The notes under the pieces are model-generated. The model made no database searches, had not been told where the DNA came from, and was given only the letters and a program-made list of their open reading frames with translations. Position numbers and translations under genes: made by a program. Shown in pieces: positions 39,641 through 49,800 of a stretch of 64,000 nucleotides of DNA (the first letter of the stretch is position 1; each line of letters starts with the position of its first letter). The DNA is taken from sequence record PV029745.1; one strand, 5' to 3'.

Positions 39641-40123
39641 TTAACTGCGACGAACATTAAAACCTGAAATATTTTGGCGGCGCCCTTGTCTACGTATCTC
39701 CAGATCACGTAGTGTTTGAATACCAGAAATAGTTGGCGCTGGTGACATTAGTGTATGCACCAAACGACCTAGTGTTTCTTTCTGTTCTGGGATAAATTCA
39801 AAGTGTTCATCTGGAGGAAGACCTTGCCGGGAACCTTCATGCCAGGCTTTATCAATCGGATGTATAATTCCATTTAAACTACCGAACTCAAGGAAAGGTA
39901 CATCGGATGCTGTAGCACTATGTTCAGCTGCTAGTCTACATGCTCTACCATGCGCCACGTATAGTTTAGCATCGGCTATCCATGTATCCATCTCACTAAT
40001 ATCTCGGACAATAACTTCACAACCGAGATCCTTCAGGAAAGAAGTAACCTCGGCGTAATACTTTTCAGATAGTTCAATTTTCCCAAATTTGGGACTACCT
40101 TTGATGACTACTACTTTAACCAT
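39641..40123 (-). CDS. hypothetical protein (Rossmann-like N-terminus)
   Basis: 160 aa; VVVIKGSPK. Confidence 0.6.
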   Translation of the reverse strand: MVKVVVIKGSPKFGKIELSEKYYAEVTSFLKDLGCEVIVRDISEMDTWIADAKLYVAHGRACRLAAEHSATASDVPFLEFGSLNGIIHPIDKAWHEGSRQGLPPDEHFEFIPEQKETLGRLVHTLMSPAPTISGIQTLRDLEIRRQGRRQNISGFNVRRS

Positions 40124-40209
40124 GATTGTATCTCGAATGCTGGATTATAGGATTGAGAGCAAAAAAGAAAGAAGGTATTGGAGTCCCTTAAGGGACTCCA
40201 TTTATATTG

Positions 40210-40929
40210 TTATTTGATACCATCGTAAATATCACGACGTGAAGGATTAATACCAGCAGCTTGAGATTTACGGTTATCGATGTAACAAAGATACTCATCA
40301 CATGTCGCAGTCTTAACAAAGGGAATTAATTGGGCTAGTTCCAGTAAAGTCCATTCTTTCCCAAGATAGCTACAACGTTCCATCTCTATGTTACAATACA
40401 CATTGTAAAGGGCTTCAGTAAAACGTAGATCTAGTGTTTCACCATCGGCTTTCTTATCGTTGTATTTGGAGGGTAAGAGATCACGAATAGGGAACTCATG
40501 TTTCAATGACCCATTTCCAAACTTAATAGCAGTAAATGAGTTATTAACCATGGTCAAATAATAACCACGTGGAAGTTCCCAATAGGTGGTACCGATATGA
40601 CCGCGTACAACACCTACGAGTTGTCCATATGCATCGTGGCAATATTCATTAATACATACTACTTCTACATTGCCGTTAGTTACATAGCTGTAAATCTCAG
40701 TAGGTTTAGAACGGCGTGTAACAGCTACTGTAATTTCATCTGGCCATGTTTTCCATCCGCATACACCATGTCGTGATTCGTTATTAAAGAAACAGGGAGC
40801 AACCTTTGGAGTAAAGGTAGAAAAGAACAAAGGTGTTTGTGCATATATCAGTGGATCTTTTATTTCTTGGCCAAACACAGTGCCGACAAAAGACATTAGA
40901 AAAAAGATGATAACCTTGGTAAAGCGCAT
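40210..40929 (-). CDS. exported Cys-rich hypothetical protein
   Basis: Signal peptide MRFTKVIIFFLMSFVGTVFG; 8 Cys. Confidence 0.65.
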   Translation of the reverse strand: MRFTKVIIFFLMSFVGTVFGQEIKDPLIYAQTPLFFSTFTPKVAPCFFNNESRHGVCGWKTWPDEITVAVTRRSKPTEIYSYVTNGNVEVVCINEYCHDAYGQLVGVVRGHIGTTYWELPRGYYLTMVNNSFTAIKFGNGSLKHEFPIRDLLPSKYNDKKADGETLDLRFTEALYNVYCNIEMERCSYLGKEWTLLELAQLIPFVKTATCDEYLCYIDNRKSQAAGINPSRRDIYDGIK

Positions 40930-40988
40930 TTGAAGTTTCCTCTTGGTAACATAAAGAGGCCCCCGAAGGAGCCTCCCGTGTTTACAAC

Positions 40989-41222
40989 TTAAGGAGCGAG
41001 TTGGTAGTATTTACCGAACTCAGCACGAGGTAGGGAGAAACCATCTTGACGGTCACCCATGCGTTTCAGATAGATCTTGTTGGTTTTAACTTTATCCAAC
41101 GTGACAGCGGTAGTAATACCGTTGCGTTTAACGATGAATGTACGACCGATATAGTCGGACAGAGTATCGTCGATTTCCGATGCTTGGATGTAACGTTTCA
41201 CAGAGAGAGTCTCAGACATCAT
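40989..41222 (-). CDS. small hypothetical protein
   Basis: 77 aa; AAGGA RBS. Confidence 0.55.
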   Translation of the reverse strand: MMSETLSVKRYIQASEIDDTLSDYIGRTFIVKRNGITTAVTLDKVKTNKIYLKRMGDRQDGFSLPRAEFGKYYQLAP

Positions 41223-41229
41223 GTTTCCT

Positions 41230-42297
41230 TTATTCTGCTACAGCGGTTTCAGGTTCAACCGGCTCGTCTTTGTTGATCAGATCTTTCCAGTCTTGCAGAC
41301 GTTCATGGAAGTGGAACAGCGAGTGGATTTCACGGTTCAACTCACCAACACGTGCCGGATGGAAGATAGTCTCGTCATTGGTCTTTTCAAAGATTTTACG
41401 TACGATCTTCTTGGCCAGATCTTTGTAATACGGCAGGAGTTCTTCACGACCCAAGATCACCTCTTTGATAATTTGGGTTTCAGCGTATTGCTCCAGTGCC
41501 ACTTCCAGATCAAAGGCAACTGGTTCAACAGGTGCTTCTTCAACAGGAGACTGCGATACATCGCCATCGTTCTCTTCGTATTCTTCACCAGGTACAGTTT
41601 CCGGAGGAAGATGACCGCTGTTCTCGGTTTTCTCTTCAAGCTCATCTTTAGCTCGCAGAGCTTCGTGGGCTTGAATAGTTTCAATGATGAATTGAACTTG
41701 TTCATCAATGGGAGCAGTACCGTCAATTACTTTAGTCGAAGGACTAAACTTAATCTGGGCATATGCGTTGTTAACCCGAGTTTGGTAAACTTCGTCAACT
41801 TCGTAACGATCCAGATCACGACCGCTATTTACCATCCGTTCTTTCCGAACTTCTTCAGGAGTTTCCAGATAGAAGCACAGCGGCTCAGGAACACCATCAC
41901 CAATAACGTGCGGCATTACACCCATGAACAGATCTGCCAGATTGGGATTGGTATCGAGGTAAGGAGCTACGTTCAGGCACCAAGTAGAGAAAACAAAGCG
42001 ATCAGATACAACCCACTTACCGTCACTCAGTGCCGGTTTGACGATATTCTGAATGTTCTGCCGGCGATATGCCATGTGCAGGAAAATATCTGAAACTGGA
42101 TCAACTTTTTCTTCACGATGTTTCAGTAGAACCGATCGAATCTCTTCAGCCATTTCAGTACCACCAGGCTCACGGAGAGCTACGTGCGCGATACCGTCGG
42201 CTTCAAGTCGTGCGATCAGTGCACGGTGCAGAGTGGATTTACCGGAGAACTCGGGGCCTTCCAATACGATGAAATTGCGGCTAGCAGATTTGGTCAT
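41230..42297 (-). CDS. tmk: thymidylate kinase with acidic C-terminal extension
   Basis: FIVLEGPEFSGKST, LREPGGT, WVVSDRFVFST, RDLDRYE. Confidence 0.9.
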   Translation of the reverse strand: MTKSASRNFIVLEGPEFSGKSTLHRALIARLEADGIAHVALREPGGTEMAEEIRSVLLKHREEKVDPVSDIFLHMAYRRQNIQNIVKPALSDGKWVVSDRFVFSTWCLNVAPYLDTNPNLADLFMGVMPHVIGDGVPEPLCFYLETPEEVRKERMVNSGRDLDRYEVDEVYQTRVNNAYAQIKFSPSTKVIDGTAPIDEQVQFIIETIQAHEALRAKDELEEKTENSGHLPPETVPGEEYEENDGDVSQSPVEEAPVEPVAFDLEVALEQYAETQIIKEVILGREELLPYYKDLAKKIVRKIFEKTNDETIFHPARVGELNREIHSLFHFHERLQDWKDLINKDEPVEPETAVAE

Positions 42298-42361
42298 TTT
42301 GTTTCCTGTATTTACATAAAAATTAATCAGATGGAAAGGGGCTCCGTAGAGCCCCATTCGA

Positions 42362-42781
42362 TCAGGTATTTACTTCTTCGAACAGCTGATTGATGTGTGC
42401 ACAGACACGCTTCATTTCAGCGGAGTTGGTCTTGGTCGATACAGTAACAACACTGTGGTCCTTACCATCGCGACTGAAGATACCAGCAACCTGAGAGTTA
42501 GTGGTACCCATGTTGTAGTTAAAGCCGATCTCAGAAAGATCCGGATTTTCTTTCATGCGAGTTGCAGCTTGTTCACCAGCAACAAGAGTAACGCCTGCCA
42601 GGAGTTCACCTTCCAGTCGTTCTTTCTTCTTCAGTTGCTCAAGGCTGATACCAGCTCCACCCAGAACTACCGATTCATAGAGGTCGTTCGGGATGTCGAA
42701 AGTATTGGCTTCACCAAGAATAACCTTCTCGCGAAGTTTGTGTTCTTCGATGAATGCAAAGCTCTTCAGATCTTTAGACAT
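42362..42781 (-). CDS. hypothetical protein
   Basis: 139 aa; AAGGA RBS. Confidence 0.65.
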   Translation of the reverse strand: MSKDLKSFAFIEEHKLREKVILGEANTFDIPNDLYESVVLGGAGISLEQLKKKERLEGELLAGVTLVAGEQAATRMKENPDLSEIGFNYNMGTTNSQVAGIFSRDGKDHSVVTVSTKTNSAEMKRVCAHINQLFEEVNT

Positions 42782-42840
42782 GTGAGTATTTCCTTGTGAA
42801 AGTTTGATGTGTTTATTTTGAGGGATGGTTCAAATACAAC

Positions 42841-43041
42841 CTACTCTACCGTAAGTTCCTTACGATCATGAGAGGCTGTAAGAGAAGCCATTGTATTACG
42901 CTCATCGAAGATACGCCTGGACATTGCAACCAGCTCTCCAAGTCGCGGTAGTGACATCATGCGCATGTCCGACTCATCGAACTTCGCTCCACCAGCATGA
43001 CATGGAGTTTCCCAACAACAGGAGCAATCAGAGAGAGTCAT
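42841..43041 (-). CDS. small Cys-cluster hypothetical protein
   Basis: CSCCWETPCH N-terminus; AAGGA RBS. Confidence 0.55.
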   Translation of the reverse strand: MTLSDCSCCWETPCHAGGAKFDESDMRMMSLPRLGELVAMSRRIFDERNTMASLTASHDRKELTVE

Positions 43042-43050
43042 AACGATTCC

Positions 43051-43545
43051 TTAGACCATACGCGCCGGAATACCGAAACGAGTAATCAACTTGACCGGTT
43101 GATTTTCTTTTTCCATTATCTCCACATCTACACCAACGTAACCATCGTATTGCAGACGCTCGTAAACACTCTGGGTAATCAGCGGCCAGAATTTCTTATC
43201 GGCTCCAAATAGAGTCTCGATATGGAAAACCAGACGACCATTGTTACCGGTTTCCCAGTTCTCGGGTTCGGCCATTGCACGACCGATCTTACCCATGATG
43301 CCTTCAAGCATCTTGTAGAAACCTGGAACAGTTGCACGGAGCAGACGAGTGGAGGTAGACGAATGGCACAGGCCACGAATACCTTCTTCAATATGTTCCA
43401 CTTTGGCTTTGCCTCCCGTACCCACGGCATAGTCGATCTGCACTTGTAGCTCGTCACCGAGAGTAGTCAGTACACGCATGTTGCCTTCGGAATCACTGAC
43501 CACGTAAGTATAAGGTTTATTGTGGTCGATGTTTTGTTCTTTCAT
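43051..43545 (-). CDS. hypothetical protein
   Basis: 164 aa. Confidence 0.6.
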   Translation of the reverse strand: MKEQNIDHNKPYTYVVSDSEGNMRVLTTLGDELQVQIDYAVGTGGKAKVEHIEEGIRGLCHSSTSTRLLRATVPGFYKMLEGIMGKIGRAMAEPENWETGNNGRLVFHIETLFGADKKFWPLITQSVYERLQYDGYVGVDVEIMEKENQPVKLITRFGIPARMV

Positions 43546-43653
43546 TTTTTACTACCTTCAATTAAAGGAATTAACTTGTCATTCTCGCGAATGGATATTG
43601 TGTTAGCTGTTACATGGTAATGTCCTCAAGATGTTAATCTCTAGTGCATACCT

Positions 43654-43678
43654 GTGATATAGATTTGAAATATTTTTT
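43654..43678 (-). promoter_or_regulatory. early promoter motif
   Basis: Minus strand AAAAAATATTTCAAATCTATATCAC. Confidence 0.55.
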
Positions 43679-43715
43679 AATGGAACATAAAGCCTCCCCG
43701 AAGGGAGGCTTTATA

Positions 43716-44297
43716 TTAGTTACCTTCGTAGGTACCTTCAGTGCCTTGTGCTTGACGACGCTCCAGTCGAGCGCGAATCAGTTCACGTGCAGCGTTCATG
43801 TGGAACAGTGCTTTGGCATTTTCTTCACAGGCAAACTTACCCGATTGGAAACCTTCGAATACAATGATCGAAGCAGTCAGCAGATCTTCAACAGTTACCC
43901 CGTTAATACCAACTTCAGGGATTACTCCGTTTTGAAGCAGGATAACCAGTTCGAGTTTATTATCACTCGGTTCAGCAGCTTTGTTTGTAGATGCATCGAA
44001 ACCAGAGATCACAATACGTTTTGGTGCGCCAGACATTTCATCGACACCATAGGCATCAATAGTCTTACCACCGGAACTACCGGATACCTGACCATCTTCT
44101 AGTTGTTCAACGGAGATATCTACCGTAGTACTAGCCTTAACATCGTCCGGTTGGGATTCAGCATTAGCATTATCCACATCCAGATTACCTTGGTCGAGAT
44201 CTTTAACCTCAGTTTCAGATTCGACATTACTAGCATCTACCGGTTGGGCGACACCATCTTGGCTCTCTACACTAAGAGCCCAGTCCAGACCTTTCAT
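43716..44297 (-). CDS. Tad1-like nucleotide-signal sponge domain with acidic N-terminal propeptide
   Basis: C-terminal LQNG..INGVTVEDLL..FQSGKFACEENAKALFHMNAA...R...R...GT parallels Tad1 FQKG..[31 protein letters not shown]...R...R...LGT. Confidence 0.72.
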   Translation of the reverse strand: MKGLDWALSVESQDGVAQPVDASNVESETEVKDLDQGNLDVDNANAESQPDDVKASTTVDISVEQLEDGQVSGSSGGKTIDAYGVDEMSGAPKRIVISGFDASTNKAAEPSDNKLELVILLQNGVIPEVGINGVTVEDLLTASIIVFEGFQSGKFACEENAKALFHMNAARELIRARLERRQAQGTEGTYEGN

Positions 44298-44306
44298 CAG
44301 TTCACC

Positions 44307-44777
44307 TTAAGAGTAGCGGACTTTAACAATTTGCAGAAGCAGTTCTACAGCGTAGTTACCGTCAGCTTTAGCGATACCCGGCATCTGTGCACGAATAGTC
44401 GCCATGGCAGCGGCCTTACGCTTCAGAATATTGCGTTCCTTACTGTTTTCAACTTCAGCCACACCACCAATCAGGGCATTGACTGCGATATTTTCAATGG
44501 ACGCATTGATGCGTGCACCAGCGGTGTATTTACGAACTAGTTTACGCAGTTCAGCTTCCAGGTTCTGTCCACGATACTGTTCAGCTTCCAGATAACCGGT
44601 AGCCAGTTCGGCGAAGTTACGAACGCCGGACTTACCAACCAACAGATTGGTCAGAGTATCAACCGGAAGAGTCGATGCGAGCTGAGCCAGGTCATTACCT
44701 TTAATTTCAGAACGGGCCAGTTCCAGTACGGATTCAACACCAAGGAGTTTCAGAGCGATTTTGCGAATGATAGACAT
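44307..44777 (-). CDS. hypothetical (probably virion) protein
   Basis: AGGA RBS before MSIIRK; in the late tail block. Confidence 0.6.
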   Translation of the reverse strand: MSIIRKIALKLLGVESVLELARSEIKGNDLAQLASTLPVDTLTNLLVGKSGVRNFAELATGYLEAEQYRGQNLEAELRKLVRKYTAGARINASIENIAVNALIGGVAEVENSKERNILKRKAAAMATIRAQMPGIAKADGNYAVELLLQIVKVRYS

Positions 44778-44793
44778 TATTGCGTTTCCTGTA

Positions 44794-46770
44794 TTAAAAG
44801 CGATCAGAAGTTTGAGCGAAGGCAGAGACCGTACGGGCGACCTCACCATCGAGAACCCAAGACATTAGGTTCGAAGGACTACGCCAGGACTTGAAACTTT
44901 GAACTGCACGAGTCAGGTTAAGATTCAAACGTTTACCAGCGTAATAGAAATCTGCCCACGATTGCGATGTTAGAGTCGACACGTAATCTTGGAACAGACT
45001 TTGTTCATCCCACACCGCTCCGTCAGTAAGAGCAAGCGCAGTAGCAATACCACCATCGCCAGCAACGGCTTCACCAGCTGTAGCAGAAATAGCACGACCA
45101 GCAGTACCCAACCAACTTGGACTAGCGAAGCCAGCCTTCAGTGGGATATGCATTAACTTAGATAGGTCTTTAACACTAAAGGTTACTTCGCAACCAAGCA
45201 TTTCGTGTTCTGCGTTCCAACCAACGTTACCGACACCACGACGGATTTGAATGCTATCCACGATCCCCAATTGTCTCTGTACTCGACCTTTATGGAAAAT
45301 CTGACAGATGAACGGAGAGGTGTAAGCACTTCGACCAGCTGACCTTGGTAATCCCATTGGGAGAATCATGGCTAGTGGTACGTATATGTTCATGAACCTG
45401 GATATTTTATTTCCATAAGGGGAGATCAATTGAACAGTATACGAGGCAGATGGCAAGGACGCCATTGCCGATTCCCAGTACTCAGGTGCATCAACGAAAG
45501 CTGCGCCAGCCAAAGTCTCAAGACCGGATAAGTTAACAGAGTCTAGTGCTCCTGAAATAAATCCTTTAAGCATATCCGTAACAGCACCAACACCTTCAGT
45601 GATATTACCACCCATGAAGTCAAACGATGCTGCGCGGCCCTCACCTACTTTCGTATTCAAGGTTTGTACAACACCCACATCACGTGTAGTGTTAGTAAAG
45701 GATTCGGATACTTCGCCATTATAGTCGACACGGAATGTAACGAACTGAGAACCATCCCGCTGTGCACCTACAACGAAGTCGTACACGTTCTTCAACTCGC
45801 CCCAGCTGCTAAAACTTTCAGTATCGATAACACCATTCTTCTCGGATGGTTTCTTATCTGCTTCTAAATACTTCAAGAAATAATCACGCGCATCTGCTCC
45901 AGGTTTAGGGTCTGTTACAGCTTTAGCCATTTCAGATTCGATACCTGCCCGGAGTTCTGCTAAGGTACGTGCTTTCTCAGCCATTGCTCGCATTGATTTT
46001 TGAGCTTGGTCTGACATGCGCTGCGTACGGCCAGCCAAAGACATTACATCGACACCGCCATCTGGACGGAAGAAACCTGGGAAGATTTCATGCATTCGCT
46101 TAACGTCATCTAACCCTACCCGGTGGCCTGGGTCTTCTAATGGCCGCTGAGAATCATCTAGAATACGAGGAACCATACCCAGGGCGATGGCGAACTCGTT
46201 AGCCAATGTATTCACAGACGACCAGTATGCGTGCATAGTTGGTTTAAAATAGAACCACTTAGAAGGCTGCGATTTAGTCAAGAAGCTAATAACACGAGAT
46301 ACGCCAGTTACTCCAAGAATAAATGGTTGAAGGGGCAGGGTGATGAAATAACCTGTTACGTTACCAAGGTTGTACCAAAGATCGGATGTAACGCCGGTAT
46401 TAGCTAAACCAGCAGCTGAACGATCATAGAAGTTCGTGAAGAACGAGGTCCAACTCGAATAACGTGGAACACCAAACGACATGTGTACTTCTTGTTTAGT
46501 ATCGTCATGTGCTTCCGAATAGTAACGACCCATACCTAAGAAACGATCTTCATAGGTACGACCACGACCAGGCTGACGGATATCAGCATAGCGTGTGTAT
46601 TGTGGGAGAGGGTTAATAGCGAAACTACCACCCAACGACGTATTTGTAAATTTGAAAGCAGCCGAGTTAGCGTAACGCCGTTTGGTCTGAGAACCATACG
46701 AGTTCTTATTGTCATTAATAGGTAATAAGAAAGCTTGGCGCAACCAAATGGGCTTAACATCTGTTGCCAT
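44794..46770 (-). CDS. tail-tip/baseplate protein (phiKZ gp182-like position)
   Basis: 658 aa immediately downstream of the tape-measure gene; synteny. Confidence 0.6.
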   Translation of the reverse strand: MATDVKPIWLRQAFLLPINDNKNSYGSQTKRRYANSAAFKFTNTSLGGSFAINPLPQYTRYADIRQPGRGRTYEDRFLGMGRYYSEAHDDTKQEVHMSFGVPRYSSWTSFFTNFYDRSAAGLANTGVTSDLWYNLGNVTGYFITLPLQPFILGVTGVSRVISFLTKSQPSKWFYFKPTMHAYWSSVNTLANEFAIALGMVPRILDDSQRPLEDPGHRVGLDDVKRMHEIFPGFFRPDGGVDVMSLAGRTQRMSDQAQKSMRAMAEKARTLAELRAGIESEMAKAVTDPKPGADARDYFLKYLEADKKPSEKNGVIDTESFSSWGELKNVYDFVVGAQRDGSQFVTFRVDYNGEVSESFTNTTRDVGVVQTLNTKVGEGRAASFDFMGGNITEGVGAVTDMLKGFISGALDSVNLSGLETLAGAAFVDAPEYWESAMASLPSASYTVQLISPYGNKISRFMNIYVPLAMILPMGLPRSAGRSAYTSPFICQIFHKGRVQRQLGIVDSIQIRRGVGNVGWNAEHEMLGCEVTFSVKDLSKLMHIPLKAGFASPSWLGTAGRAISATAGEAVAGDGGIATALALTDGAVWDEQSLFQDYVSTLTSQSWADFYYAGKRLNLNLTRAVQSFKSWRSPSNLMSWVLDGEVARTVSAFAQTSDRF

Positions 46771-46825
46771 TTTGATTTCCCTTCTTAGCGGAAAATAAAG
46801 CCTCCCCGAAGGGAGGCTCCATTGA

Positions 46826-49800
46826 TTAAGTTAACGAGAGGGGTGACGGGCGATTTTGAGCCGCGGTCGTTCTCATTAACGTGGAGGTCATACTATTATT
46901 TCCTCCGGCTTGGGTTTTCGAAGCTTCTTTGATACTACTGTCCTTTTGTTCGTTCAGTTGTACCAAACGCTTGAGATGATCACGCATCTCAATTAGCGTC
47001 TTAAGCTGCTCAGCTTGGATATCATCGATCTGTTTAGCCTTCTCGTTATTACGACGTACTTCAGCTTGACGAGTCGAGTTCTGTTGCTGTGCTGCTTGAA
47101 GAGCTGCTTCTTGTTGGGCTTGGATAACATTACCGCCACTATCAGCAGATGGATTAGTTCCGCTAGTAGTTGTTCCACCCACGGGGTTCATTGGAGTAAT
47201 ACCAGGAAGTACCGGTGTTTGGGCAGCAGTACCAGTGGCACTGTATGCTTCTTCACGAGCAACCGCTGCATTACCAGCATTGTTACTATCATCAGTATTC
47301 CAAAGTTCGACAGCAGACGCCTTAGCATTAGCCTTGGCTTGTTCTTCTGTCGCCTCTTCCGGAGTCATGGTTTTACCCGCTTCCTGTGTAGCTACAGAAC
47401 TACCTTCAGCTCCACCACGATGCTTTGCAATCTTCTCTTCGAACATTTGATAGATTTCCCCGAGAGTACGAGGTTGTCCACCTTTCTTGTAGAAGATCGG
47501 TCGGTTAGCAGATGCTGCTTCAGGGAAGACCGATGCGCCGATGGTATCCTGATTACGAGTCAAGAACTTACGTGCACCACCTGGTCCCATGAAGTGAGCG
47601 ATGTAAAGATCTACGTCTGTTGGATCGCGTCCTAATGCATCTTTAAGGTAGGTGTAGTTATCTTTAAGGAAGCATGCACCCATTAAGGCGTTGATCCGAG
47701 GATCAACACGTAAACTACGTTGGGCGTCGTCTGGAGGAATACCGAACTTGGAGCCATGTTTCGCCAACATTGCGTCCCAGGTACTATTAATAAACTGGAA
47801 CCATCCGGTTGCAGACGATGTCTTAGCTTTGACGGTGTAATCAAAACCAGACTCAAGCGATGCGAAGATGAACAGAAGTTCTACTGGAATACCGACCATC
47901 GCTGCAACTGTTTGGAATGTTTCAGCAGCTGCTTGACGAGACTTATTGGCTTTCGGATATGGAATCTGTTCCCAAGCTCCACCGTTACCCTTTGTCAGGG
48001 TTCCGTATGTACGACCTGTTGCAGATACCTCGCCAGCCATACCAAGTTTGTACTGTGTGTTCGCCGCAGCGTCGGATACATAATCCATTGCTTTAGCGCC
48101 AGCTGCCTTGGTATTACTCCATGCGTTACTTACTGTTTCTTTAGCAGACTCCCAAGTATTCGAGATAGAAGCCATTGCCCTCTCGGCAAAGCTACCACCA
48201 GCGGCTGCGTTTTGTGTTCCAGCTGCTTGGTCACCCGCAGATTGAGTCGGCGTAGACATGATGTCTTTGCTTGCATCTTTCTTCAATTGTTCCAAATCAG
48301 CTTCAGCCATTTTCTTGAGATCGTCTTTGCTACCCTTAATCGGGAAGATAGAATCAACCTGCCATACACTAGAGCCGTCCCAATTAGTGACGCCCAATAC
48401 GGCATTACCCACAATAACAGCATCACTGGGTTTGAGTTTAGATTCCATGTTCGCAATGGTTGTTCCTTGAGTCGAATTACGCATTGCACCGTAGTAAGCA
48501 CGAGCAACAGGCATGAAACGACCAACGAACCAATCGTAATAGGTAGAACGATCCTCATCGTTACCAACGATATCTTTACCAAATAACGGTGCTGTTTCCT
48601 GCATGATAGATTCTAGGTCACCACGGAATTCAGGAACACCGCCCTGAATAGATAGACCATCGAATACCATTGCTTCAGCATTGAGAAGAGGATAGACGTT
48701 GTAGAAACTCAGTACTTCCAAACCGTAGGCACGCATCCGGATGGATTGGAGTGCAGTTAGCTTAGTAGTAGCTGCCGAAGTCGCAACGATTGGAGCACCT
48801 GTTGAACCACCCAGACCAGGGAAAGCCTTCTTAGCAGCAGCCAAGGGCATTGCTGACTTAGTAGGATCCATTGGACTCGGTGCGGTTTTACCAGTTGCTG
48901 TATCTGCCGCTTTCTTGGCGATATCCTGAGCTTTGGTAGCTACTTCGGTATTAGCCGCTGTAGCAGGTACCGTATCATCTTTCTTCTCGCCCGCTTTATA
49001 ACGAACGTATAGAGCTTTCCAAAGTTGATCAGCTGCTGGGATAGTGTCTTCCAATTCGCCTTCTTCGGAGAATGGGTCAACACGATACTGCATTGGTGTA
49101 TCACCCGATACAGAAATCTTAACAGCTTTAACTAATGGTCCTTTCAATTCTTGAGGGAACTTACTATCAATGTCAACGAGTTTGACTTCATTCTTTTTGA
49201 GTTTAGCTAGTGCTTTAACCCAAGTCAAGAAGACCGGACGGAAACGCATTTCCAACCAGCGGGACATACGCATTACTTGAACTTCATTCTTAACATCGAT
49301 GCCAAGAATATCAAGAATAGCCTTACCACCAACTCCACTGATATTAAAGTCGGGTTCTTCTGTCCGTTCGGTTACGCGATCAAAAGCATCTTCAAGTGCA
49401 GAAACTTTCTGTTGTTGATCGTGATCGGTAATACCGTACTGTAGCATTCTGAGTCGGCGGAACTCTGCTCTTTGATCGTTCATCTGACCAAAGATAGGTT
49501 TCAGGATATAGCGAGCAGTTAATTGTCCAAGTGGATTAAGACTCATTGCAGTCAGAATACCTGTCTGCTTTGCATCCATTCCATCTTTGCTATAACCATA
49601 AGCCATAGCACCTGTACCCACTGCGGCAGCTGTACCACCAAGTATCCAAGGAACTGCGCGTTTAGCAAGGCCCATTAAACGACCTTTAGTGCCACCTTTC
49701 ATACCACCGCCCATCAGCACGTCGAACGCACCAGAGCCTTCTTCACCTTCTGTACCGGTAAGTTTACTGAAGATACCTTTAAGTCCATCTGACAATCCCT

